A DNA stretch of 26,359 bases from Phycisphaerales bacterium (GCA_041940385.1 JBGTSD010000035.1:1-26359); one strand, 5' to 3'; numbered from the stretch's first letter, positions 16,523 through 24,803 are shown. Notes: a model not told the origin generated them from the letters alone. A program made the numbers and translations.

Positions 16523-17626
16523 ATGACCCGCAACACCAGCAAGCGTGCATTCACGCTGATCGAGCTGCTCGTGGTCGTTTCGATCATCGGCCTGCTCATC
16601 GGCATCCTGCTGCCGGCGCTCGGCCGGGCGAAGAAGAACGCCCAGCAGATCAAGTGCGCCTCGCAGCTTCGCGAAGTCCACCGCGGCTTCACGACGTTCG
16701 CGCAGAGCAACCGCGACCGTTACCCGACCCCGTCCGCGCTCGACAAGCTCAACTACACCGAGACGGCCGGCGGCGCCCCCGGCATGGTCGATCAGAACAT
16801 CGCCCCCGCCGAGCGTCTCAAGAACCGCACCGGCGCGGTGCTCTCCTTCCTGATCTACCAGGGCTTCTTCCCGCCGGAGCTCGTGGTCACCCCCGCCGAG
16901 GCCGAAGGCCTGATCCACAAGGATCCGGACTTCGAGCAGGGCGAAGTCAGCACCGCGCAGGAGCCCGGCCGCGCGCTGTGGGACCCGGCGTTCGTCGGCA
17001 CCCCCTCGCCCAACGACTACCTGCCCCCGAACGTCTCTCAGGACGAGCAGAACCCGCCGGACATCGCGGTTCCCGGTCAGGGCGGCAACAACTCCTACGC
17101 CATGGTCCCGCTCTGGGGTGAGCGTCACCGCCTGTACTACGGCCTGACCTACTCCTCGAACGAGCCGCTCATCGGCAACCGTGGCCCGCGCTACACGACT
17201 CCGTCGGCCCCGTCCGGCGGCACCACGGTCGTCTACGACCTCCTCGGCGGTCAGGGCGCCTCCGCGCTCCAGGGCGTGAACTCCACGACCCTCCTCATCC
17301 ACGGCGGCAAGCGCACGTGGGAAGGCAACCTCGCCTACAACGACGGCCACGTCTCCTTCGAGGGCAACCCCACCCCGACCAACGTCCGCATGCTCTTCCT
17401 CCAGAGCGGCGGCACCGAGGCCCAGATCTCGGACAACATCTTCGTTGACGAGGACTTCGAGTACGACCAGGACACCGACGCGCCCTATCGCAGCAACGTC
17501 CTGCTGCGCATGTGGCCCGCGAACGAGTCCCGCGGCCTCGCGTTCTCCGACACGACGGTCCAGGAGATCGATCAGACCTACGCCACCTGGGACGCCAAGC
17601 CCGGTGACTGGGGCACGGGCTTCTGA
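16523..17626 (+). CDS. Prepilin-type N-terminal cleavage/methylation domain protein, DUF1559 (Planctomycete H-X9-DG pseudopilin-like) family
   Basis: MTRNTSKRAFTLIELLVVVSIIGLLIGILLPALGRAKKNAQQIKCASQLREV is a class-III signal peptide plus conserved DUF1559 N-terminal region. C-terminal HGGKRTWEGNLAYNDGHVSFEG resembles the H..DG motif. GGAGG sits 4 nt upstream of ATG 16523. Confidence 0.88.
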   Translation: MTRNTSKRAFTLIELLVVVSIIGLLIGILLPALGRAKKNAQQIKCASQLREVHRGFTTFAQSNRDRYPTPSALDKLNYTETAGGAPGMVDQNIAPAERLKNRTGAVLSFLIYQGFFPPELVVTPAEAEGLIHKDPDFEQGEVSTAQEPGRALWDPAFVGTPSPNDYLPPNVSQDEQNPPDIAVPGQGGNNSYAMVPLWGERHRLYYGLTYSSNEPLIGNRGPRYTTPSAPSGGTTVVYDLLGGQGASALQGVNSTTLLIHGGKRTWEGNLAYNDGHVSFEGNPTPTNVRMLFLQSGGTEAQISDNIFVDEDFEYDQDTDAPYRSNVLLRMWPANESRGLAFSDTTVQEIDQTYATWDAKPGDWGTGF

Positions 17627-17660
17627 TCCCGATTTTCCCGTTGCTTTGATCGCATGATCC

Positions 17661-17697
17661 ACGCCCGCCCCGCCTCGTGCGGGGCGGGCGTCTTTTT
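17661..17697 (+). terminator. Rho-independent terminator downstream of the DUF1559 gene
   Basis: ACGCCCGCCCCGC-ctcgt-GCGGGGCGGGCGT (13-bp perfect stem) followed by CTTTTTG. Confidence 0.75.
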
Positions 17698-17739
17698 GAT
17701 CCTCGCCTCCCCGAATCCACCCCGTAGAATCGCCCCCTC

Positions 17740-19443
17740 ATGGCCGCGCGCACCGTCTACATCGAGACCTTCGGCTGCCAGATGAACGAGCTGGACAGCG
17801 AGCTGGTCGTCGGCGCGCTCCGGGCTTTGGGCTACCGCTTCGTCGCCGAGCCCGACAGCGCCGACGTGGTGCTCTACAACACCTGCTCCGTCCGTGACCA
17901 CGCGGAGCACAAGGTCCGCTCCCGCCTCGGCGAGGTCCGCCAGCGCAAGGAGCGCGAGCCCCACGTCGTCGTCGGCGTCCTCGGCTGCATGGCCGAACGC
18001 GACGGCGAGGACCTCATCCGGCGCATGCCGGTGGTCGACGTGCTCTGCGGCCCGGGCGAGCTCGACAAGCTTCCGGCGCTCCTCGACAACGCCGTCCGCA
18101 CCCGGTCGTCCATGCTCGCCGACGAGGGCGACGCGTCGCTCGGCCAGCGTCCGCGCCTGCGCTCGGCGCGGCAGGTGGCGCTCCAGGGCGGATCGTCGCG
18201 ACGCTCGGCGACGCTCGCCGCGGCCCAGGACAATCTCGAGCTTCTCGACCTGTCCCGGAGCGTGTCGCCGACCGATCACGACGGCTCGGCGTACGTGCGG
18301 ATCACCCGCGGTTGCAACAAGTTCTGCACCTACTGCGTCGTGCCCCACACCCGCGGCGCCGAGGTGCACCGCCCGCCGGACCACATCGTCGAGGAGTGCC
18401 GGCGCCTCGCCGACGCCGGCGTGCTCGAGGTCACGCTGCTCGGCCAGACGGTCAATCACTACCGATTCGAGCACGGCGCCTCGGTGACGGTGGGGGGCGT
18501 GGTCCAGCCGCAGAAGGGCCGTTCGTACCTCGGCGGGCATCGGCGCGACCCCTTCGGGGGCGAGCGCGTGACGACCTTCGCCGACCTGCTTCGGCGCATT
18601 CACGACGAGGCGCCGGGGATCCAGCGGCTTCGCTTCGTCACCTCGTATCCGCGGGATTTCGGCGACGATGTCCTCGAGGTCATCCGCGATCACCCGCGCA
18701 TCTGCCGCTACCTGCACGTCCCGGCGCAGTCCGGCTCCGACCGGATGCTCAAGGCGATGAACCGCGGTTACACGATCGCCGAGTACGAGGAGTTCCTCGC
18801 GCGGGCGCGCCAGCATCTGCACGAGCCCGAGAAGGGCCGGCCGCTGATGGTCGCGGGCGACATGATCGTCGGGTTCTGCGGCGAGACCGAGGACGATCAC
18901 GAGGCGTCGATGCGACTGCTGGAGCGCACACGCTACAAGAACGCGTTCATCTTCAAGTACTCGCCGCGCCCCGGAACGACGGCGTTTGATCGGATGAAGG
19001 ACGACGTCCCCGACGAGGTGAAGCGCCGGCGCAACAACGAGATGCTCGCGCTCCAGGCGAAGATCTCGAACGAGGTGCTCGCCGAGCTGGTCGGGCGCAC
19101 CTGGCGCGTGCTCGTCGAGGGCGTCAGCGAACGGGCGCGGAAGCAGAGCGAAGCGCCATCCGCGCCGGGTTTGACGGGCCTGACGGTGTCGGCGAAGGCA
19201 CGTCCGAGGGCGGCCGAGCGCGAGGTGGTCCAGATGACCGGGCGCACCGACGGCGACGTCATCGTGCATTTCCCGGTGGACGCCGCGAGCGCGGCGGACT
19301 GGATCGGCCGCTTGGTGGATGTGCGGGTCGATCGGGCGCCTGGGCTGAGTTTGTTCGGGACGGCCTCGACGCGCGACGCCGATCGTGCGGGCCTCCGTCC
19401 GGAAACAGATGGCGTTTCCCCGGTCGGGCTTGCGCTTCCCTAA
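17740..19443 (+). CDS. miaB: tRNA-i6A37 methylthiotransferase MiaB (radical SAM), with unusual insertions and a C-terminal extension
   Basis: YIETFGCQMNELDSE (MTTase N-terminal Cys), LYNTCSVRDHAE, GCMAE; radical-SAM ITRGCNKFCTYCVVP; TRAM-like C-terminus. At 567 aa it is longer than typical MiaB (about 440-480 aa). The extra segments are Arg/Ser/Ala-rich. Confidence 0.88.
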   Translation: MAARTVYIETFGCQMNELDSELVVGALRALGYRFVAEPDSADVVLYNTCSVRDHAEHKVRSRLGEVRQRKEREPHVVVGVLGCMAERDGEDLIRRMPVVDVLCGPGELDKLPALLDNAVRTRSSMLADEGDASLGQRPRLRSARQVALQGGSSRRSATLAAAQDNLELLDLSRSVSPTDHDGSAYVRITRGCNKFCTYCVVPHTRGAEVHRPPDHIVEECRRLADAGVLEVTLLGQTVNHYRFEHGASVTVGGVVQPQKGRSYLGGHRRDPFGGERVTTFADLLRRIHDEAPGIQRLRFVTSYPRDFGDDVLEVIRDHPRICRYLHVPAQSGSDRMLKAMNRGYTIAEYEEFLARARQHLHEPEKGRPLMVAGDMIVGFCGETEDDHEASMRLLERTRYKNAFIFKYSPRPGTTAFDRMKDDVPDEVKRRRNNEMLALQAKISNEVLAELVGRTWRVLVEGVSERARKQSEAPSAPGLTGLTVSAKARPRAAEREVVQMTGRTDGDVIVHFPVDAASAADWIGRLVDVRVDRAPGLSLFGTASTRDADRAGLRPETDGVSPVGLALP

Positions 19444-19671
19444 CGCGGCAAACTGAATCCTTCATAATCCTCCAAAAAGGGGTGTTCCGATTCTTGCAAT
19501 CGGTCCTCGGTGGGCTACATTGTGTCCGAGCCCCCGCACAGGGCTTGTTGGAGTCGAGGCTCAGTCCTCAGACATGTCTGGAGATCGTCGCGGAGCCGGT
19601 GGGAGTCCGCGTCACGCTTGAGAACTGTCCCTTTGGGCCGCACACCCGGGGGACCGGAGGAGTCGATCAAA

Positions 19672-20355
19672 ATGAGAATGAGAAACGCGATGTCGTTGGC
19701 GGGCGGACTTGCCCTCGCCACAGTGGCCAGCGCAGGCATCGACCTGGGCACGGTCTTCTTCACGTACGACGACCCGAACGGCCCGCCGCGCGAGCTGATG
19801 TACACCGCCGGCAACGCCAACCAGCAGGGTCATATCTCCTACTTCAGCGCGACGCCGTTCGACCTGGTGGTCGACGCGAGCGAGCCGGGCTGGGGCGTGG
19901 TGACCTACGCGGCGACGATTTCGATGGACGTCACCGTCGGCCAGGCCACGCAGATGGGCAACGTGTTCTTCGCTCCGGTCTCGGGTGGCTTCAATGTTAC
20001 CGTCGGCGGCGACACCGTCCTCACGGGCGTGCTGAACAACGGCGCCTTCCTGACCTTCGGCACCACGGGCAATCTCAGCGCGAACACCGCGACCGCCTCG
20101 GTCACGATGTCCGTCAGCGGCGACCTGCTCGCGCAGTTCGGCGGCAACCAGATCCAGCCCGACTTCAACGTCTCCTGGTCGCTTTCCGACTACCTGCCCA
20201 GCTCTCCCAGCATCAATCAGTTCGGCTACCTGACCTCGTTCATGGCGAACACCGCGTTCGTCGGCAGTGCGAACGTCGTCCGCGTGCCGACGCCCGGCTC
20301 TGCGGCCCTGCTGGGCATCGCTGGTCTGATCAGCCTGCCCCGTCGCCGGTCCTGA
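19672..20355 (+). CDS. Secreted PEP-CTERM-like sorting-tail protein, paralog 1
   Basis: GGAGGAG sits 9 nt upstream of ATG 19672. Signal peptide MRMRNAMSLAGGLALATVASAG. Conserved core VFFTYDDPNGPPRELMYTAGNAN...DLVVDASEPGWGVVTY...LTFGTTGN...LAQFGGNQ. C-terminus reads VPTPGSAALLGIAGLISLPRRRS. Confidence 0.8.
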   Translation: MRMRNAMSLAGGLALATVASAGIDLGTVFFTYDDPNGPPRELMYTAGNANQQGHISYFSATPFDLVVDASEPGWGVVTYAATISMDVTVGQATQMGNVFFAPVSGGFNVTVGGDTVLTGVLNNGAFLTFGTTGNLSANTATASVTMSVSGDLLAQFGGNQIQPDFNVSWSLSDYLPSSPSINQFGYLTSFMANTAFVGSANVVRVPTPGSAALLGIAGLISLPRRRS

Positions 20356-20409
20356 TCGAAATCGATGATCGTGCCCGTGCTGCGGGCACATCAATGTGAA
20401 CACTTCACA

Positions 20410-20438
20410 CCCCTCGGCGAAGGCCGGGGGGTGTTTTC
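20410..20438 (+). terminator. Rho-independent terminator after PEP-CTERM paralog 1
   Basis: CCCCTCGGC-gaag-GCCGGGGGG (9-bp stem with one G.U pair) followed by TGTTTTCGTT. Confidence 0.6.
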
Positions 20439-20668
20439 GTTCACGCTTCGTTCCGGTTGGCGCACGCCGCGAAAGAATCGTCGGGAACGCGCCGATTCCA
20501 TTGCTTGATGCGGCGTCGATGCTATATTTGACGCCACGAGAGGCCGCACACCTCTCGGAATGAGTCGCATCGCGGAGCGCCCGGCGGCACACCGGAGCGT
20601 CGTCCGAGAACCACAGGGAATCGATCGGAGCGCGTTCGCGCGACCGACTGGAAGAGAGGAGTTCGGAC

Positions 20669-21355
20669 ATGAAGCGTTCTGTTCTTGCGCTGAGTCTGCT
20701 TGCGGGGGCTCTCGGCACGTCGGCCGCGAACGCGGCGATCTACTTCACGTTCGATGATCCGAGCACGCCGCTCGAGTTGACGTACGTCGCCGGGACCGGC
20801 GGCGGCAGCGGCTCGGTGACGTACTCGAGCGCGGCGCGCGTCGATCTCGTCGTCGACGGGACCGAGGACGGCTTCGGCATCACGACCTATTCCGCGCGTT
20901 TGACGATGGACCTGGCCGTGGCGCCGGTGTTCGCGCCGCCGATCCCGATCGCGGTCACCACCGGAACGTTCACGTTCGCGATCGATGACGGGTTCGGTGG
21001 TTTCACCGACATTCTGCATGGCGACGCCGGCGAGATCGGCGGCGCGATGTTCGCCATCGGCTTCTCCGGCTCGATCAGCTTCTCCAACGATGGAGACGAG
21101 GACCCCGTGCTGTTCAATTGGACGGCGATGAACGATCTGCTGGCGTTCCTCGGCGGCAATCAGCTCATCGGCGCGCAGAGTGCGTCATTCTCGCTCGCGG
21201 CGCTGACGCCGCCCGTGCTCGGCGTGAACGTCGAGGGCTACATCCCGTCGTTCACCGCGAACGCCGCGTTCGTCGGGCACGGCGAGATCCCGGCGCCCGG
21301 CCCCACGGCCCTGTTCGGGCTCGCCGGCCTGGTGATGGCCCGCCGACGCCGCTGA
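20669..21355 (+). CDS. Secreted PEP-CTERM-like sorting-tail protein, paralog 2 (most divergent)
   Basis: GAGAGGAG sits 7 nt upstream of the ATG. Signal peptide MKRSVLALSLLAGALGTSAANA. Core IYFTFDDPSTPLELTYVAG...VDLVVDGTEDGFGITTY. C-terminus reads IPAPGPTALFGLAGLVMARRRR. Confidence 0.8.
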   Translation: MKRSVLALSLLAGALGTSAANAAIYFTFDDPSTPLELTYVAGTGGGSGSVTYSSAARVDLVVDGTEDGFGITTYSARLTMDLAVAPVFAPPIPIAVTTGTFTFAIDDGFGGFTDILHGDAGEIGGAMFAIGFSGSISFSNDGDEDPVLFNWTAMNDLLAFLGGNQLIGAQSASFSLAALTPPVLGVNVEGYIPSFTANAAFVGHGEIPAPGPTALFGLAGLVMARRRR

Positions 21356-21392
21356 TCACTCCGCGATTTCCTCGAATTTAGTGCCGACTATC

Positions 21393-21441
21393 CCGCCCAC
21401 GGGGCCGCGAATCGACGCGGCGTGTGGGCGGTTTTTCTTTT
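21393..21441 (+). terminator. Compound rho-independent terminator after PEP-CTERM paralog 2
   Basis: Outer stem CCGCCCAC...GTGGGCGG encloses an inner hairpin GCCGCG-aatcga-CGCGGC, followed by TTTTTCTTTT. Confidence 0.65.
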
Positions 21442-21658
21442 CCGGCCCGATTCAGCATTAGGCCTTGGAGATCGTCGCCCGGGGTGGTACCTTTTGGGGG
21501 TACGCGGGGCCCGCACAGCCCCGTGTTGAACATCCTCAACGGAAACCGTCACCGACCGCGGCGCCATTGGGCGCGGTCGACTGATGGCGAACGTCGTGGG
21601 TGCTCTTGGTTCTGAGCACAGGGTAAGCACAGGGAGAGAATCGAAAGGAGTCCGGATC

Positions 21659-22330
21659 ATGAAATGGGCAGCGTCTCTCATCATGGCGCTCTCGAGTTCG
21701 GCGGCCGCGGTCGCGGGGCTGTCGGGGACGGTGTTCTTCACGTATGACGACCCGGAGGGCACCCCGCGCGAGTTCATGTACACCGCGGGCAATGCGAACA
21801 ACGACGGGACGATCACGTTCAACACCTCGTCGCAGCTCGACCTGGTGGTGGACGCGCAGGAGCCGGGCTTCGGCGTCGTCACCTACGTTGTCACGCTCTC
21901 GCTCGACATGACGGTCGGTCAGGCGACGCTGGTCAGCCCGGGCGTGTGGCAGGCGCCGGTGGACGGGTCGTTCGCGTTCAACGACGGCGTGGACGACATC
22001 CTGACGGGCACCGTCATGGACGGCGCGTTCCTGACCTTCGGCACGACCGGCAACGTCAACGCGAGCAGCTCGACGCTGTCGCTGATGATGACGGCGAGCG
22101 GCCAGCTCCTCGCGCAGTTCGGCGGCGCGCAGCTCTCCGAGGCGTTCGACGCTTCGTGGTCTCTCGCGGACTTCCTGCCGGGCGCCCCGAGCGTCAACAG
22201 CAGCGGCTATCTGCAGTCGTTCGTGGCGAACTCGGCGTTCGTGGGCAGCGCGTTCATCGTGCCCGCCCCCGGCGGCGCCGCGCTCCTCGGCCTGGCGGGC
22301 CTGGTGGCCCTCCCGCGTCGTCGGTCCTGA
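21659..22330 (+). CDS. Secreted PEP-CTERM-like sorting-tail protein, paralog 3
   Basis: AAGGAG sits 8 nt upstream of ATG 21659. Signal peptide MKWAASLIMALSSSAAAVAG. Core VFFTYDDPEGTPREFMYTAGNAN...DLVVDAQEPGFGVVTY...LTFGTTGN...LAQFGGAQ. C-terminus reads VPAPGGAALLGLAGLVALPRRRS. Confidence 0.8.
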   Translation: MKWAASLIMALSSSAAAVAGLSGTVFFTYDDPEGTPREFMYTAGNANNDGTITFNTSSQLDLVVDAQEPGFGVVTYVVTLSLDMTVGQATLVSPGVWQAPVDGSFAFNDGVDDILTGTVMDGAFLTFGTTGNVNASSSTLSLMMTASGQLLAQFGGAQLSEAFDASWSLADFLPGAPSVNSSGYLQSFVANSAFVGSAFIVPAPGGAALLGLAGLVALPRRRS

Positions 22331-22357
22331 GTTCTGGCGAACAATTTCAAGCCATAC

Positions 22358-22396
22358 ACAACGCCCCCGGCCAGCGGCCGGGGGCGTTGTCGTTTG
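22358..22396. terminator. Bidirectional intrinsic terminator between the convergent PEP-CTERM paralog 3 and dacB
   Basis: Perfect 15-bp stem ACAACGCCCCCGGCC-agc-GGCCGGGGGCGTTGT with T-containing runs on both sides (CGTTTGC on +, TTGAAATTGTT on -). Confidence 0.6.
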
Positions 22397-22417
22397 CTCC
22401 AGATTCGAGGCGGCGCT

Positions 22418-23902
22418 TCAGCCGCCGAGGTTCGTCCGGCCGGCGCGCTTCATCAGGGCGTCGTGGGCCAGCAGCGCGACCGCCTCCTGGAAGTCCTTCA
22501 CCGACTTCAGGGGCGTCTTCGCGGAGAAGTCGTTCACGATCACCGAGAACACCAGGCGGCGCCCGCTGGCCGAGTCGGTGACGTAGCCCGAGAGCGACGA
22601 GACCTGGCGCAGGTAGCCGGTCTTGGCGCGGATCTCGGCCTGCAGATCGCGCCCGGCGAAGCGGGCCTTCATGCTGCCGTCCTCGCGCGCGACGGGCAGA
22701 CTCGCGATGAACTGCTCGCCCACGCGCTGGTCGTGATGGAACGACACCAGCCACCGGGACAGCGCCTCGGCGGTGACCTGGTTCTCGCGGCTCATGCCCG
22801 AGCCGTCGGCGATGACGACCTTGGACGCGCGCTCCGGGCCGAGGCGCTTGAGCGCCGCCATGCGGATGACGGCCGCGCCGTTCTCCCAGGAGCCGGGCTG
22901 GCCGGTGACCTTCTGGCCGACGCGCTTGAGGAGCGCCTCGGCGTAGAGGTTGTGTGAGTTGATGTTGGTCCGGCGCAGGACGACCTCGAGCGGCGTGCGG
23001 ATCAGCGCGACGGTGTCGCCGGCGGGGAGCAGCTCCATCGGCTCGGCGAGCTGCACGTCCACGCGGCTTCCCGCCCTGGCCTCGAGGCGATCGGCGAGCA
23101 CGCGCCCGAAAAAGCGGGCCGGCTCGTGCACGGAGATCTCGAGCGGCTCGGGCAGCGTCCAGCGCACGGCGCCGTGGAGGGTCATCGCGTTGCCGCCCAG
23201 GGCGCGGGCGCCCCAGAGGGTGTTGGCGCCGGTGTTGGTGGACTTGGCGCGGTTGGAAAGGTCCAGCCAGTCGGCGCGGGGTTCGATCGAGATGCGCGGG
23301 GCGTCGCCCGGCTTGGCGGGGGAGGCGAAGACGGAGATGACGTTGGTGTGGAAATTGAAGCCGGAGACCTCGGCGCAGTACCAGCGGTTGAGCTGGTCGG
23401 CGGGCCAGGAGGGGTGGATGAGATTGCGGTCGAAGATGCGGTCGTCGACGATCAGCCGGCGGATGGCCGGGCCCTCGTTGCGCGTGGCCGCGTCGACCCA
23501 GTGGGTGAGCAGGCCCTCGACGTCCATCCCCATCTCCTTGAGGAGGACGGGGTCGGCGAGCGCGGGGTCGCCGGCGCCGACGAGGATCAGCGTGTCGCCG
23601 GCGCGGACGAGCTCGGTCTCGAAGACGAAGTCCGGGCCGAGGTAGTCGATCGCGGCGCCGCTCGAGAGCAGCTTCATGTTCGATGCGGGGATGAGCTGGG
23701 CCGCGGCGTTGATCTCGCCGAGGACCTCGCCGGTGTCGGCGTCCATCACGGAGACGCCGACCTTGGCGTCGCGGAGCGCGTGCTTGTCGATGAGGGAGCG
23801 GACCTCCGGATTGAGCGACTGAGCGACGGCGACCGCGCAGCAGAGGGTCCAGAGAAGAAGTCCGCCGAGAAGTCCGTGGCGCTGCTCGTGTCGCGTGGTC
23901 AT
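22418..23902 (-). CDS. dacB: D-alanyl-D-alanine carboxypeptidase/endopeptidase, PBP4 (peptidase S13) family
   Basis: Signal peptide MTTRHEQRHGLLGGLLLWTLCCAVAVAQS. SxxK (ASNMKL), SxN-like (SGMSREN) and KTG (RAKTGYL) motifs in PBP4 order and spacing. ATG 23902 is preceded by GGAGGA; an in-frame ATG at 23923 is an alternative start. Confidence 0.82.
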   Translation of the reverse strand: MTTRHEQRHGLLGGLLLWTLCCAVAVAQSLNPEVRSLIDKHALRDAKVGVSVMDADTGEVLGEINAAAQLIPASNMKLLSSGAAIDYLGPDFVFETELVRAGDTLILVGAGDPALADPVLLKEMGMDVEGLLTHWVDAATRNEGPAIRRLIVDDRIFDRNLIHPSWPADQLNRWYCAEVSGFNFHTNVISVFASPAKPGDAPRISIEPRADWLDLSNRAKSTNTGANTLWGARALGGNAMTLHGAVRWTLPEPLEISVHEPARFFGRVLADRLEARAGSRVDVQLAEPMELLPAGDTVALIRTPLEVVLRRTNINSHNLYAEALLKRVGQKVTGQPGSWENGAAVIRMAALKRLGPERASKVVIADGSGMSRENQVTAEALSRWLVSFHHDQRVGEQFIASLPVAREDGSMKARFAGRDLQAEIRAKTGYLRQVSSLSGYVTDSASGRRLVFSVIVNDFSAKTPLKSVKDFQEAVALLAHDALMKRAGRTNLGG

Positions 23903-24117
23903 CCGATCCTCCGTGAGACGCATTGTTGGTGCGGACCCGGCTCCGCGGCACTGGGTATCGGCGACAATCTGCGTCCACCTGCAACACGGGAGTCACATGG
24001 GGGGCGCCGGTTTGCGCATCGGGCGTGGCGACCTACACTGGCCGGTGTTTCCCGGACGAACGCCGACGCGGTTCGGTGGGTGTCCGAGTCCGACAAGTCC
24101 GAGCAGGAGAGCGTCCC

Positions 24118-24486
24118 TTGGCCGAGCCGAAGCCCCAGATCGCGTTCGATGACTTCGCCCGCGTGGACCTGCGCGTGGCGCGGATCGTGCAGGCGGAGAA
24201 CCACCCCTCGGCGGACCGGCTGCTGCGGCTGCAGGTGGACGACGGGTCGGGGACGCCGCGCCAGATCTGCGCGGGGATCAAGGGGCATTACGAGCCGGAG
24301 CAGCTTGTCGGGAAGCTGATCGTGATCGTTGCGAACCTGGCGCCGCGGGTGATCCGCGGGGAAGAGAGCCGCGGCATGCTGCTGGCGGCGAGCGATGCGC
24401 CCAAGAGCGACGATCCGAATGCGGTGCGGAACGTGATCCTGCTGACGCCGATGAGCGAGATCGGGCCGGGGGCGATCGTAAGCTGA
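24118..24486 (+). CDS. CsaA-like tRNA-binding (Myf/EMAP-type OB-fold) protein; TTG start
   Basis: [90 protein letters not shown] is the canonical tRNA-binding-domain pattern (DL/KVG.I, HPNADKL, ANL.PRKI.G..S.GM). AGGAGA sits 7 nt upstream of TTG 24118. The longer ORF from 23923 has a non-homologous N-terminus. Confidence 0.7.
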   Translation: MAEPKPQIAFDDFARVDLRVARIVQAENHPSADRLLRLQVDDGSGTPRQICAGIKGHYEPEQLVGKLIVIVANLAPRVIRGEESRGMLLAASDAPKSDDPNAVRNVILLTPMSEIGPGAIVS

Positions 24487-24517
24487 GGTGATCGGCGTGG
24501 AGCAGTTGGGGGCGTGA

Positions 24518-24553
24518 ACGCAGAGGTCGCAGAGCGCGCAGAGGACGCAGAAA
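24518..24553 (+). repeat. Four tandem copies of a 9-nt unit (nCGCAGAGn) in a purine-rich intergenic stretch
   Basis: ACGCAGAGG TCGCAGAGC GCGCAGAGG ACGCAGAAA read directly; followed by AGGAAGGGGGGGG. Confidence 0.5.
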
Positions 24554-24655
24554 TAGGAAGGGGGGGGTGGCACACTGCGGCGTTTCGCCGCGGTGTGGGT
24601 CTGGGGGGAGTGAACACGAAGGACGCGAAGGGGAAGAGAGGTCGGGATACTCCGA

Positions 24656-24741
24656 CCGAGCCCCGAGCGCAAGCGAGTGGGTTGGGGACGCCATCGCCTG
24701 CGAGGGCCCGCTCGCTGGCGCTCGGGGCTCGGAAGGGTTTT
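24656..24741 (+). other. Long stem-loop (15-bp perfect inverted repeat plus inner AGCGAG/CTCGCT extension) followed by GGTTTTG; candidate structured RNA element or terminator-like structure
   Basis: CCGAGCCCCGAGCGC (24656-24670) ... GCGCTCGGGGCTCGG (24718-24732), then GAAGGGTTTTGCG. A second hairpin CACTGCGGCG-ttt-CGCCGCGGTG lies at 24573-24595. Confidence 0.35.
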
Positions 24742-24803
24742 GCGACGAGGGTGCGCCGGAGAGAGCACGCTTCCTTACGGGCGCGTCTCGCAATCGTGGG
24801 ATC

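Noticed and set aside
16493-19269. Minus-strand ORFs 16493-17662 and 17578-19269 antisense to the DUF1559 and miaB genes
   Set aside because: No motifs, compositionally biased; they overlap two confidently identified genes.
19463-19468. CATAAT -10-like hexamer downstream of miaB as promoter for PEP-CTERM paralog 1
   Set aside because: No acceptable -35 element at 17 +/- 1 nt spacing (CTAACG), so it was not called.
4548-21518. Recurrence of the octamer CCGCACAG / CGCACAGG (7932, 19535, 21511, and GACGCACAGGGG at about 4592) as a possible global regulatory motif
   Set aside because: An 8-mer in a 26-kb, 68% GC sequence read on both strands is expected several times by chance. Only the co-occurrence with the 13-mer in the two PEP-CTERM leaders is kept as a finding.
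22347-24319. ORF 22347-23996 (-, 549 aa) and ORF 23126-24319 (+, 397 aa) overlapping dacB
   Set aside because: Both are Arg/Pro/Gly-rich. The 22418-23923 frame carries SxxK / SxN / KTG in PBP4 order, so it is the genuine one.
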